Under the pieces are notes generated by a model. The model was not told the origin of the DNA, ran no database searches, and saw only the letters and a program-made list of their open reading frames with translations. Positions 38,960 to 48,902 of a stretch of 64,000 nucleotides of DNA are shown in pieces; position 1 is the first letter of the stretch; each line of letters opens with the position of its first letter. The position numbers and the translations under genes are program-made. Where the stretch lies: the NCBI GenBank assembly GCA_032128875.1, contig JAVLKG010000012.1, positions 64,001 through 128,000 of the forward strand, read 5' to 3'. This stretch comes from Candidatus Melainabacteria bacterium 17Bon1m. Lineage in GTDB: Bacteria; Cyanobacteriota; Vampirovibrionia; Obscuribacterales; Obscuribacteraceae.

Positions 38960-40042
38960 TTATTTACTTGGCGCTTTTTCCAACACTTCTTCCGCGTCCG
39001 CGCTTGGCTGTTTTAATGTGTCAGCCGCTTTGCTAGTGGGTTTTGTCGAGTCGGCATGCTCGTCTGCTGCCGCCTTTGTCGCGGCGCTTTCGGATGCGTC
39101 GGAAGTGGGCTTCATCCTGTCGCCCAAGGTCTTTTGAAAGAAATCAATGACCGTCATCATCGTCGGAACGCTGATGAAAATGTGTTGGTCGGTCTTAACA
39201 CTTTCCAGTGTCACGGGCGCCCCAGTTTTTTTCCAGGCGTCGTAAAGTTCTTTGCTTTGAGCGAAAGGAACCACCGGGTCCTTCTCTGCGTGCATGATCA
39301 AGCAAGGCACTTTGAGCCCGGGTTTCAGGTAAGTGACAGGGCTGGCTGCTTTCGCCAATTCCGGCTTTTGCTCGGCCGTTCCGCCCAAGAACATCGTTAT
39401 TGGTGCTTTGTCCGAATCGTAGTCGAGCTGGTCATTCGGACCGGCTTGCGAGTGCATTGTAATGAGATTGCTTGGCCCACACCATGTCACAACTGCCTGT
39501 ACATCACTTCTCTCGCCTGTGACGCCAACGTTGCCTTCTAGCTCCTTCACGCCGTTGGTGGCGCCAAGCAAGGAAGCGAGGTGTCCTCCGGCGGATATGC
39601 CGAAGACACCGATGCGGTCTTTGTCAAACCCGTACTCGTCGGCATGCTTGCGCAGCCAGCGAATAGCGGCCTTGCAGTCATAAATCTGTGCGGGAAACTT
39701 GTGCTCGGGTGCAAATCTGTAGTTGATACCTGCAACGGCAAAACCCCTGACGAGGAGCGGCATCATTGGGCTTGGTTGCTTGTCGCCTTCTTTCCAGGCG
39801 CCTCCGTGAATCCAGACGAGCAAAGGTACCTTGGCGTGCTCGCCGGGTGGAAAATAGAGGTCGAGCATGTGCGACGCACTGGTGTCTTTGTCGACATAGC
39901 TGACGTTTTCTATGACCCTGGGTTGCGCTTCTTTGTTTTCGTCTTTCTTCTCTGCTTCGGCAGGGGTGCTACCACAGGCGGTGAGATTGAAGAGCATGGC
40001 AATGCTCAGGAAAGTCATCGAAAAGGCAGTGTACAAGCGCAT
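38960..40042 (-). CDS. Alpha/beta hydrolase (HSL-like esterase), lipoprotein
   Basis: Lipobox LTAC, HGGAW, GISAGG, D..VP, catalytic H in DQH. Confidence 0.88.
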   Translation of the reverse strand: MRLYTAFSMTFLSIAMLFNLTACGSTPAEAEKKDENKEAQPRVIENVSYVDKDTSASHMLDLYFPPGEHAKVPLLVWIHGGAWKEGDKQPSPMMPLLVRGFAVAGINYRFAPEHKFPAQIYDCKAAIRWLRKHADEYGFDKDRIGVFGISAGGHLASLLGATNGVKELEGNVGVTGERSDVQAVVTWCGPSNLITMHSQAGPNDQLDYDSDKAPITMFLGGTAEQKPELAKAASPVTYLKPGLKVPCLIMHAEKDPVVPFAQSKELYDAWKKTGAPVTLESVKTDQHIFISVPTMMTVIDFFQKTLGDRMKPTSDASESAATKAAADEHADSTKPTSKAADTLKQPSADAEEVLEKAPSK

Positions 40043-40081
40043 TTTAAATTCTCGAGAAAGCCGGACCCAAACCTGAATAGT

Positions 40082-40744
40082 CTACCACTGGAAGGCTTGC
40101 GCCAATTCTTCATCGGTGAGTTTGCGCCATTCCCCGGGCTTTAAGCCGAGGCTTTGCAGCTGCAGAGCGCCAATGGCAACCCGGACCAGCCTCAAAGTCG
40201 GATGCCCGACTGCAGCCGTCATTCGGCGCACCTGGCGGTTTTTACCCTCAGTAATTGTGACCTGAAGCCAGGCGGTCGGAATATTCTTGCGAAAACGAAT
40301 CGGCTTGCCGCGCTCGGGCAACTGGGGCTCCTCGTTGACAAGCGAGACTTTCGCCGGCAAGGTCCAGTGTCCTTTGATATCGACGCCCGATTCGAGCTTC
40401 TCTATAGATGACGGCGCAGGGATATTCTCGACTTGCGCAAGATAAGTCCTGCTGTGTTCATTTTTCGGATCGAGCAAGCGCGAGTTCATGCGGGTGTCGT
40501 CGCTCAATAGCAGCAAGCCCTCACTGTCCGCGTCCAGGCGACCAACTGGGTAAACGCCTGGCGGGAAGCCATATTCGGCAAGCGTCCCTTTGTCCGAACC
40601 AGGCTCTGGGGTGAACTGGCAAAGAACGTCGAAAGGCTTGAAAAAAGCCAGGTAAGACTTGCCTAGTTGCGGATGGAACTTGATGCGAACTCGACCGAGA
40701 GGATGCGGTTCGCTCTCGTTGTGAGGTTTTTCAAAACGCGTCAC
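40082..40744 (-). CDS. RsuA-family rRNA pseudouridine synthase (RluE-like)
   Basis: KPFDVLCQF, VGRLDADSEGLLLL, EGKNRQVRRMTAAVG; GTG overlaps the kinase stop (GTGA). Confidence 0.92.
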   Translation of the reverse strand: MTRFEKPHNESEPHPLGRVRIKFHPQLGKSYLAFFKPFDVLCQFTPEPGSDKGTLAEYGFPPGVYPVGRLDADSEGLLLLSDDTRMNSRLLDPKNEHSRTYLAQVENIPAPSSIEKLESGVDIKGHWTLPAKVSLVNEEPQLPERGKPIRFRKNIPTAWLQVTITEGKNRQVRRMTAAVGHPTLRLVRVAIGALQLQSLGLKPGEWRKLTDEELAQAFQW

Positions 40745-41604
40745 ACGTACCACTCTAGTTCTTTGACCAGCTCAGCCATTGACTGCTGCCGATCCTGAGC
40801 ATGTTTTTTCAAGCTCTTCTGAATCAGTTTTCTCAAGCCTTGCGAAATAATCGCATCCGGAGCGGCTTTGTCAAAGTCTAGCGGATCGGACGTGATGTGC
40901 TTTTGCATCGTGTCTATCTCGTTGGTACCGCAGATTGGCAGCGCTCCAGTCAGAGTATGGAACATCAAGCAGCCCATCGAATAAACATCCGAGCGACCGT
41001 CCAGCTTGCCGCCCATGATCTGCTCAGGGCTCATGTAGGCTGGAGTTCCCAGTACCTGCCCTTCCATTGTCAGCTTCTTGGCGCCTGTGCGAGCCTCGTC
41101 GAGGCGCTTGGCCAGTCCGAAGTCGATGAGTTTGACTTGTTCGGCACCGTTGTCGTTCATCGTCAAAACAACGTTATCCGGCTTCAAGTCCCGGTGCAGA
41201 ATGTCTCGAGCATGCGCATGTGATAGCGCATCGGCAATTTGAATAAACATCGGCACAGCGCGTGAAGCGTCCAGCCTTCCTTCGTTTGCAATCAGGTGGC
41301 GAAGGTTGGTGCCGCGAATGTAGTCCATAACGAGAAAGGGGAAGCCCTGCTCGGACAAGCCGAAATCGAAAATCACTACAATGTTAGGGTGGTTCAAGGC
41401 GCTGAGCGCCTGGGCTTCTCTTTGAAAGCGTAAAAATGTGTCCGAGTTGGCGCCGCATGTGTCATACAGCACTTTGACCGCTACCGGACGATCTACCATG
41501 CGCTGCTTGGCGAGATAAACCATGCCCAGCGCGCCGCGGCCAATCTCTTGAATGACCTCGTAACGTCCTGCCAGGACCGATCCCATAAGACTCAGCTGAG
41601 ACAC
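40741..41604 (-). CDS. Stand-alone Ser/Thr protein kinase domain
   Basis: GRGALGMV, VAVK, HRDLKPDN, DFG, YMSPE; no TM. Confidence 0.92.
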   Translation of the reverse strand: MSQLSLMGSVLAGRYEVIQEIGRGALGMVYLAKQRMVDRPVAVKVLYDTCGANSDTFLRFQREAQALSALNHPNIVVIFDFGLSEQGFPFLVMDYIRGTNLRHLIANEGRLDASRAVPMFIQIADALSHAHARDILHRDLKPDNVVLTMNDNGAEQVKLIDFGLAKRLDEARTGAKKLTMEGQVLGTPAYMSPEQIMGGKLDGRSDVYSMGCLMFHTLTGALPICGTNEIDTMQKHITSDPLDFDKAAPDAIISQGLRKLIQKSLKKHAQDRQQSMAELVKELEWYV

Positions 41605-41706
41605 GCGACTATCCTCACTCAGGTGTTCGCCGACGCTCTAAATTCCGAACATTAAGACTATCATGACCTCTCTGGAGATCACAGCTACTAGGCGCCATGT
41701 AAAGCC

Positions 41707-42630
41707 CTACTTTCTCTTTTTCTCTTCCTTTGGGTTGATTTTAATTTTTTGCCCTTCTTTGGCCGCAGCGGTGTTCAGTTTTAAGTCGGCCAGCGAGCTT
41801 TCAATGTCCTGCTCCAGCAAAACCGGGTCCTGCATTGAAGATCCGCCAGTTATACCTGGCTTTATCGACGCATCCAAGCCGCCTGAGCCCGTTTTGGCTT
41901 GGGGTCTGTATGAAACCCAGAGCGAGAAGGTCAGGATGCACAGCGCAATCGCACCCCAGAGAATCGACCAAACTATCGCCGGTACCCCTGTCATGGACTC
42001 CATGTTGCGCGCATCGCTGTGTTGCGCGCCCATTACCGATGCCAGAAAGAGCGTCTGAATATCAAGGACTGAGTTGAGTGTTGTTTGCACAGCCAGCATC
42101 AGCAGAAACATATGACAGGCAGCGTCATTGGCTTTGCGAGAAACCCACAGAATGCCGGCGCCAATGATGAGCATTGAGACAAAGCTGAAGATGCCCCCGC
42201 CACCGTAGAAAACAGTGAGAGCAAGAATGACAGTGCCGATCATTTGAAGGATAAAACGGGCTTCTGCCGGGCGTTTTCCCCACCAAATAAGCAAACCCCC
42301 AAAAACGGCAGTGCCCAAATAGCCCGCCATGGAGATTAGCGGTCTTATGCCCCCCGCTGAAAGCGTCAGCCCTGACTCATCCGGCGCGATAGAAATCATT
42401 TGCACGTTGCCGCCGGTCAGACGCGCTACAAGAGCGTGGCAAGCCTCATGCACCGTTGTGACAAACAGTTTGAAGGGGTACAGAAAATAGTTAGCGAAGG
42501 GCATCTGCCAGCAAATCAGGCTGAGTATGAGAATCAGCAGCATGATTTGCACTGTTCGTTCGTTTCTGATTGCGTGCAGAATGTCCGAGGCTACCAGTCT
42601 GGCGTGGGCGCTAGCTGCTTTTTTGATCAT
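41707..42630 (-). CDS. M50B-like membrane metallopeptidase
   Basis: YPFKLFVTTVHEACHAL, SMAGYLG, SDA; multiple TMs. Confidence 0.85.
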   Translation of the reverse strand: MIKKAASAHARLVASDILHAIRNERTVQIMLLILILSLICWQMPFANYFLYPFKLFVTTVHEACHALVARLTGGNVQMISIAPDESGLTLSAGGIRPLISMAGYLGTAVFGGLLIWWGKRPAEARFILQMIGTVILALTVFYGGGGIFSFVSMLIIGAGILWVSRKANDAACHMFLLMLAVQTTLNSVLDIQTLFLASVMGAQHSDARNMESMTGVPAIVWSILWGAIALCILTFSLWVSYRPQAKTGSGGLDASIKPGITGGSSMQDPVLLEQDIESSLADLKLNTAAAKEGQKIKINPKEEKKRK

Positions 42631-42893
42631 CGGTAAAGCCCTGAGACGATTGTATTCTTTCGGTTTCCACTTCGTTTGCCATCCTAAATTCTACACTTCG
42701 CGCTTAAAGTTGAGTGATCTCGTGATGTCTTCGCTCATAAAAACGCTTGCTTTCAGCTTGAGAACTGGTGTCGTATGTGGTGTCACATCTTGCGTCTATT
42801 CGAGAGCTCTTTTGCGCTGTTTCCAATAGCCGATAAAAGACCTAAGAGCCTGTAAATTATGGTACCCTGAGTCTTACATACGGAGGGACGAAA

Positions 42894-43334
42894 GTGAACC
42901 AAGGCAATCGTGGACAGATGGAACCTTTGTCCGAAATGGCGCCCTCGGGCAAGACGCAATTTCTCGAAATCGATCCCAAGGTAGCCGCCTACAGCACTTA
43001 CATCCCGATTCCGCCGCTTAATCTAATTCTTGCGGGCATCTGGTTCGCGATGGAGCCGAATAACACTTACGCAAAGTTTCACGCGACGCAGAGCCTCATC
43101 TTTAGCGGCGCGTTCTTTGTCCTCTATTTGGGCGGAATCTTCCTGGGTGGCATCTTGCACTTCATTCCGTTTATCGGTGGCTTGCTTGGCGGTGTTTTCT
43201 ACGGATTACTAAATCTCGTGGCGCTTGCTTATTTGGTTTTCTCCGTCATTTGCATGATTAAGGTGTACAACGGACAACCGGTGAATTTGCCTTATGTTAC
43301 CGAAATAGCCGAAAAGTATTCCCGCGGTCTTTAG
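42894..43334 (+). CDS. DUF4870-like membrane protein
   Basis: KFHATQS, IPFIG, MIKVYNG....LP; GGAGG RBS. Confidence 0.75.
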   Translation: MNQGNRGQMEPLSEMAPSGKTQFLEIDPKVAAYSTYIPIPPLNLILAGIWFAMEPNNTYAKFHATQSLIFSGAFFVLYLGGIFLGGILHFIPFIGGLLGGVFYGLLNLVALAYLVFSVICMIKVYNGQPVNLPYVTEIAEKYSRGL

Positions 43335-43463
43335 AGCATCTAGCGCAGCATTGTCTGTAACGGTGACGTTTTTCTTTGCCCAAAACATATGACCAAAACC
43401 CCTGGCCGGAACCCTTAACGGAAACCCTCTCTTTGCCCGGAACAAACACTCTCGAGGTCTGCG

Positions 43464-43841
43464 ATGCACAATCTCAATAAGCTCAAAAAGCTGGTAGACG
43501 AGAATAAAATCAACGTATTAGGCGGTGATGTTGCGCAAGGAGAATGGCAGTACGAGAGCGATACGCTTTGGGGACCATTCGAGCAAATAGAATTGCACGG
43601 ACATGTAAAAACAGTCACCATGCAGACAGAAGAGAGCGCCAAAAACCTGGCTCATACGCTGGGATGGTCGGTTGCAGGAGCAATGGTACTGGGACCGGCC
43701 GGCGCGATTGCTGGTTTGTTTCTCGGCGGCAACAGAAAGCAAGTCTGCGCCATGATAGAACTGAAGGATGGGCGAAAGTTTCTCGCCACAATGGACTCGA
43801 AGATCTATCAACAAATGCTGGCTCTGACATTATTGAAGTAG
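43464..43841 (+). CDS. Hypothetical protein with glycine-zipper-like segment
   Basis: GAMVLGPAGAIAGLFLGG followed by ELKDGRKFLAT; GAGG RBS. Confidence 0.65.
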   Translation: MHNLNKLKKLVDENKINVLGGDVAQGEWQYESDTLWGPFEQIELHGHVKTVTMQTEESAKNLAHTLGWSVAGAMVLGPAGAIAGLFLGGNRKQVCAMIELKDGRKFLATMDSKIYQQMLALTLLK

Positions 43842-43852
43842 GACATAAATAA

Positions 43853-44365
43853 GTGTCTGCAGCCAGGAGAGCCAAAACCCTTTATCTTTTCAGACATGCG
43901 AAGTCTAGCTGGGACGACCCAAGCTTAAGCGATTTCGACCGTCCGCTTAATAAGAGGGGCGAGAAAGCCGCACCGTTAATGGGAAAAGTCATGCGTGCGC
44001 GTGATGTTTGCCCCTCGATTATTCTTTGCTCTCCTTCCAAGCGCACCCGTCAAACGGCACGAATGGCATTGAAGAAAGCTGGTCTGGATGAGGCTGAGAT
44101 AGTTTTTGAGAAAGGTTTGTATCTTGCCACCACAGGTGGTTTGACCGACATTGTCAAAAACATCGACGATTTGTTGAACTCGGCCATGCTGATCGGACAT
44201 AACCCTGGCTTAAGTGAACTCGTCTATTTATTGACCGGCGTCGAAGAGGCATTTCCCACAGGGGCCCTCGCATGTGTTCGGCTTAACATTGCGCATTGGA
44301 AAGATGTGAAAACAAGTTGCGGAAAAATGGAGTGGATCGTCCGTCCGCGTGAGGTAGTCAGGTAG
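43853..44365 (+). CDS. sixA: SixA-family phosphohistidine phosphatase
   Basis: RHAKS, DFDRPLNKRG, SP..RT.QT, GHNPG. Confidence 0.88.
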   Translation: MSAARRAKTLYLFRHAKSSWDDPSLSDFDRPLNKRGEKAAPLMGKVMRARDVCPSIILCSPSKRTRQTARMALKKAGLDEAEIVFEKGLYLATTGGLTDIVKNIDDLLNSAMLIGHNPGLSELVYLLTGVEEAFPTGALACVRLNIAHWKDVKTSCGKMEWIVRPREVVR

Positions 44366-44533
44366 CTGTGGCTGCTTGCGCGCCGCCTTAATTTCCGGAA
44401 ATATATCTTTTGGCTAAGAAGTGACTCATTAAAGCCTATCTGTTGATGCGGTTCAAAAAAGTTAACTACGATAGCCCATAACCCTGATCTATCCTTATGT
44501 TTGAAATTGTCAGGATGAGGCAGGCGGTAAATT

Positions 44534-45862
44534 TTGAACTTGCTGGACAACCTTGTTAACGGGCTTAGCGCGCTCGCTTCGGGCTCAAACAATGCCAGAG
44601 AGCGCAAGAAAGACAGTACACTCAGCGGAAAGCTAGCCGAAGGGCGCGTTAGCTTCGAGGATGCGCTGTCGCATATTTATCCCGAGACCTCGCCTAGAGC
44701 ACAGTCTGCGTCTTTGAACCTGACTGCTCCGGCGAGTTTTACTGTCCAGCAGTACCAACCGGCGCAGAGTTTTCAGCCGGCTACGTCCTATCAGCCGACG
44801 TCTTCATATCAATCGGCTCCCTCGTATTCGCCATCCTATTCATATCAAACAGCGAAAGAACCCCAGCAATCCGTCACTGTCGAAAGCGTGACTATATATG
44901 ATGCTTACAGGGGGCTTTCCGCTCGCAGCTATAACAGTCTGCCTGCCGCGCTTGCGTCGCTGAATCAAGGGCAGTTGAGCTCCGCTGAGAATCCACTGGA
45001 AGGTCAACTAGAGGACTCAATCCAATCGCAGGCCGATACTTACGACAATCTTCCGGTTCAGCCATATAAAGATCTGTCGGTTCAAACCTACGAGGACTTG
45101 CCGGCGCAGTCATATGAAGATTTCTCCGTTCAGACATATCAAAATCTGCCGGCACAATCGAATGCGAATCTAAATGAGAGTCGTGCGACTGAGGCTTATT
45201 CCCCGGCTACTTTCGAGAATCTTACTCGTGTTCAGGAAGAATTGTCGCAGCAGATCCTCGGCAACTATGTTGAATCATCTGCAACTGTAAATCGCGAGTT
45301 TCTCGACAGTTTCATTACTGCTTCGAGAGAGTTTATGGACACACGCAATAGACCGGCGGAGCCTGTCTATGAGCCATCGACCATGTCGACTTCAATGACT
45401 GCTCTGGTCGACACGATTTTCAACACTCTCGAACCTTATATCCACGAACTTAACCAGACTTTCCGGACGACCGATCTGTCGATCACTTTTACGCCACCAT
45501 CGGTGGTGAATGAGAATGTTGGATATGACACTTCCAGGCGACCTGCTTTAGCCATCTCTAGCTATCGATGCCGTATTTCAACGACACGACTTGCCCTGGT
45601 AATTCGAGGCAAAGAAGATCGCATTGATTTCTTCGTCCTACCTGTTGAAAGTGTGATGGGCTTGAGCAAAATTGAAGACGAGCATCAGCCCCTGATGTCG
45701 TTTACCTGCGAAATGCGCTACGGCGAGTTTTATTGGGAAGTGGAAGAAAAACCGCTTACGCAAGAGCGTCTGGAGAAATACATTCTTTTGATCTTCGAGC
45801 ACCTGATGGAATTGACGAGAGAAGAACTCTTGCGCCGCCCAGCCTATGCAGGCTCGTTTTAG
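44534..45862 (+). CDS. Hypothetical protein with Ser/Tyr/Gln-rich repeats and globular C-terminal domain
   Basis: 442-aa ORF with internal 6-aa and 8-aa repeats. Confidence 0.65.
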   Translation: MNLLDNLVNGLSALASGSNNARERKKDSTLSGKLAEGRVSFEDALSHIYPETSPRAQSASLNLTAPASFTVQQYQPAQSFQPATSYQPTSSYQSAPSYSPSYSYQTAKEPQQSVTVESVTIYDAYRGLSARSYNSLPAALASLNQGQLSSAENPLEGQLEDSIQSQADTYDNLPVQPYKDLSVQTYEDLPAQSYEDFSVQTYQNLPAQSNANLNESRATEAYSPATFENLTRVQEELSQQILGNYVESSATVNREFLDSFITASREFMDTRNRPAEPVYEPSTMSTSMTALVDTIFNTLEPYIHELNQTFRTTDLSITFTPPSVVNENVGYDTSRRPALAISSYRCRISTTRLALVIRGKEDRIDFFVLPVESVMGLSKIEDEHQPLMSFTCEMRYGEFYWEVEEKPLTQERLEKYILLIFEHLMELTREELLRRPAYAGSF

Positions 45863-45873
45863 CTCACATTAAA

Positions 45874-45917
45874 TCAGGGTTTACCCCCTGTCAGCCATGG
45901 TATGTCAGTTTTATGAT
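45874..45917 (+). promoter_or_regulatory. Putative regulator box TCAGGGTTTACCC plus -10 TATGAT
   Basis: Box 45874-45886; TATGAT at 45912 (offset 38). Confidence 0.65.
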
Positions 45918-45961
45918 CGCTTCAGGCGTCGTAATAGACTCCCCTGTGCATGGAGCTGAAT

Positions 45962-47113
45962 ATGCGCAACAAGAAGTTTACTCTCGCGATTTCTCTTTCT
46001 TTGGTCGCATCGATTTTTTTGCCGCATTCCGCGTTGGCTGCGTATGGAAATGATGATCATCGTTTTTCCATGCAAAACGTTTTGCGCTCGCTTGGCACTT
46101 CCGATTGGCAAAGACGTCAGGACATCGAGCGTCTGTTGAACGAGCATAAAGCTGAAGCCCCCGTCATTTTGACAAATGCGCTCGACAGCACTGAGCCAGA
46201 AGTACAAAAGAATGCATCTGAGCTGCTCATGCGAATGGCGGGAAATTGGGAATTTGTCATCCCTGATAAGTCTCTTGCGACGATCGTTGCGATTATGAAA
46301 TCGAGTCATTCTTCGATTGTGAAAGCAAATCTTGTTCGTGTTATTGGTCATGTCGGCCCGCGCAACGAGTATCTTCAGCCTCTTATTCTCGACTTGATGA
46401 AAAAGGACGAAGATGTTTTGGTTCGCTCGGCTGCTGCTGATTCGCTCTCTAATTTTATGCGTGAGGAAAAAGCCGCTGCTGCTGCTGAAGCTGTGAAGGT
46501 GATGTGCTATTGCTTGAAAAATGACATCAGCCCTCACGTTCGTCGCTCCGTGGCGCAGGCTATGGGCAATCTGCCCTCTGCGTCAGAAGAAGTGATGAAC
46601 GCACTCGTTGCGGCGATGGATGATAATTACAAGCAAGTGAGAAGCAGTGCCGGCAGTGCTTTGTCGCGTTTTGGTCCACGCGCGAAGTCGGCGCTGCCTC
46701 AGCTTTTGAAAATGTACAAAGAAGAAAATGATTGGTCGTCGCGGCAGTCAACGCTAAGCGCAATGGTGCAAATCGACAAAAAGAATCCTAAGGTTGTCGA
46801 AGCACTTATAGAGGCTCTCGACGAGCCCAATCTCATGAATTACGCAGTCAGCTACTTGCAGCAACTTGGAGTAGATGCTGCGCCGGCGGTGCCGCGCTTA
46901 ATTAAGAATCTGGACGCCGACAACAATATGAATGTTCGCCTTCAAGCTGCAAATGCGTTGGGCGCCATCGGTCCCAAAGCACAATCCGCATTGCCTGTTT
47001 TAACAAAGCTTTCGGAAACTTCGGATGGAGCGCTCAAGTCTACGGTGGACAATGCAATCAGGCGCATCAACATTGGCTTGCAAACCATTCCCGATGGTGC
47101 GTCCGTTCTATAA
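45962..47113 (+). CDS. Secreted HEAT-repeat protein
   Basis: Signal peptide ending SALA; repeats VR..AA.AL..IGP.A..ALP.L; GGAG RBS. Confidence 0.85.
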   Translation: MRNKKFTLAISLSLVASIFLPHSALAAYGNDDHRFSMQNVLRSLGTSDWQRRQDIERLLNEHKAEAPVILTNALDSTEPEVQKNASELLMRMAGNWEFVIPDKSLATIVAIMKSSHSSIVKANLVRVIGHVGPRNEYLQPLILDLMKKDEDVLVRSAAADSLSNFMREEKAAAAAEAVKVMCYCLKNDISPHVRRSVAQAMGNLPSASEEVMNALVAAMDDNYKQVRSSAGSALSRFGPRAKSALPQLLKMYKEENDWSSRQSTLSAMVQIDKKNPKVVEALIEALDEPNLMNYAVSYLQQLGVDAAPAVPRLIKNLDADNNMNVRLQAANALGAIGPKAQSALPVLTKLSETSDGALKSTVDNAIRRINIGLQTIPDGASVL

Positions 47114-47133
47114 GCTTGTACTACAATAGACGA

Positions 47134-47976
47134 ATGCAATTCCAATTCGATCAAAACACCATAGTCTCAGCAATCGTAGTTATTGGTTGGATTTTTTCGC
47201 TGTGCTTTCATGAATATGGACATGGACTTGCCGCGTACATCGGCGGTGATAGCTCGATCAAAGATAAGGGCTATCTGTCTTTCAATCCGTTTGTGTATAC
47301 AAACGTTGGTTTATCTATAGTACTACCCGCGGTGATGGTGTTATTCGGAGGCGTCGGCTTGCCTGGTGCCGCTGTTACGGTCAACAACGCAAAATTGCGT
47401 GGGAAGCACTGGGAAAGCATCGTCTCGCTTGCGGGTCCTCTTTTTAGTTTGATCTTTACCGCTGCGTTGATTGCATTCATACTCAGCAATCCGCCCATTC
47501 CTATTGAGTGGATAGCCGCTTGCTCATACTTGGCTGTTCTCGAAATACTCGTCCTCATCTTCAATCTATTGCCTGTTCCAGGTCTAGATGGTTTTGGAAT
47601 TTTTGAGCCGTTTTTACCTCCAAGTGTTCGAGAAAAGTGCCGCAACTTCCAGCAGTACGGCATTCTCATATTGATTGCAATTCTCTGGACTGTTCCCGTA
47701 GCCAATGAAATGTTGTGGACTTCCGCGTACGCTTTGGCGTTCACTCTTGGTCTGGATCCGCATACTGTTTTCATCGGTCAGTCGAGTTTTCGAAGTGGTG
47801 CAACGCCGCTTTCCATCGGAGTTATTGTGCTCGCCATCGTTGTTCACTTGATAAAAAATAAAACCAAGAGTGAGCGTGAAGCCGCTGCGCAAGAAGCCTA
47901 CGCAGCAAGAGTAGGCGAAAATTCATTGGAAACTAAGTCCGAACTTGAAACCAAGTCCGAGCCGAAAATAGGATAG
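47134..47976 (+). CDS. Site-2 protease (M50)
   Basis: HEYGH, SLAGP, FNLLPVPGLDG. Confidence 0.92.
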   Translation: MQFQFDQNTIVSAIVVIGWIFSLCFHEYGHGLAAYIGGDSSIKDKGYLSFNPFVYTNVGLSIVLPAVMVLFGGVGLPGAAVTVNNAKLRGKHWESIVSLAGPLFSLIFTAALIAFILSNPPIPIEWIAACSYLAVLEILVLIFNLLPVPGLDGFGIFEPFLPPSVREKCRNFQQYGILILIAILWTVPVANEMLWTSAYALAFTLGLDPHTVFIGQSSFRSGATPLSIGVIVLAIVVHLIKNKTKSEREAAAQEAYAARVGENSLETKSELETKSEPKIG

Positions 47977-48016
47977 GCGTTCCCACAAATCTATTTCAGT
48001 AGGCTAAAATGCCGCC

Positions 48017-48736
48017 ATGAAAAGTGCAAATGCAGTTTTGATCTTTATTGGCGTGTTGGTCCTAGGATATCTCGGACTTATCGTTGCCCGTCCCAGTCTG
48101 CGCGAAATGAGTCCAATGGAAGTCGTGCAGAGTTTGCTTGGTGACACAAAAGATTCGCTGCGCAAGGAAAAGTTTGTTTCTTTCAAACCCGCCGAAGGGC
48201 ACTTCAAGGTGTCGTTTCCGGGGAATCCGGACGAACTCAATCTCTACAATAGCTGGTTGCATCCCGCTGTAATTCCCTTGCCTGGCTGGTTTTTAGCTGA
48301 CAGAGAATTGGGCTTTTACGTTGCGGAAGTGCCAATTGATAACTCTGAAGCTCCAGGACGCATTGCCGCAGCTACGGCCGCGTTGGAGCGGCCCATGGCG
48401 GGCTCGTCCGGTGGTAACAACGAGATGGTTGCTTCGAATTCTTCGAACAATATATTGATGGAGATTCAAGAATTTCTCGACAGGCAAGCGGAGACGATGG
48501 TGCGCAATGCCGGTGCAACACTCTTTAGTAAAGCGCCCGCGGCTGCAGGTGGCGGTAGGTATTTCGGGCGCAGCGTTGAAGGAAGTGCCAAAACGGCAGG
48601 GCAGCGCTATCGGCTTCAGATTTTTTATGACTCTGATAATCGTCGCCTCTTTGCAATCAGCGTATCCGGCAAACCTGAATTGATCCATTCTCCGCAAGCT
48701 AATCAGTTTTTCGGGTCATTGCAAATTCTGCCGTAG
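48017..48736 (+). CDS. Membrane-anchored hypothetical protein
   Basis: N-terminal TM; EGHFKVSFPG.P and terminal FFGSLQI pattern (possibly PsbP-like fold). Confidence 0.55.
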   Translation: MKSANAVLIFIGVLVLGYLGLIVARPSLREMSPMEVVQSLLGDTKDSLRKEKFVSFKPAEGHFKVSFPGNPDELNLYNSWLHPAVIPLPGWFLADRELGFYVAEVPIDNSEAPGRIAAATAALERPMAGSSGGNNEMVASNSSNNILMEIQEFLDRQAETMVRNAGATLFSKAPAAAGGGRYFGRSVEGSAKTAGQRYRLQIFYDSDNRRLFAISVSGKPELIHSPQANQFFGSLQILP

Positions 48737-48785
48737 GGTCTAGAACCGGCATACCATCGATTTCGTCGTCGCCCCTAAGGTTTCA

Positions 48786-48829
48786 TCAGGGATTACCCGG
48801 TGCATTTTCGTTTTGCGCGGTGATAACCT
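48786..48829 (+). promoter_or_regulatory. Putative regulator box TCAGGGATTACCC plus -10 TAACCT
   Basis: Box 48786-48798; TAACCT at 48824 (offset 38). Confidence 0.6.
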
Positions 48830-48902
48830 CAAGGAAATGGCGGTGCTTCAGGCATATTTCGAAACCGATGTGGACGAAGTAGGCATGAGGAGGTTTTTGC
48901 AC

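Noticed and set aside
42611-42682. 23-aa upstream ORF overlapping the M50B start across an A6G run, as a programmed frameshift
   Set aside because: Joining the frames needs +1, not the canonical -1 on A_AAA_AAG, and the M50B gene has its own ATG.
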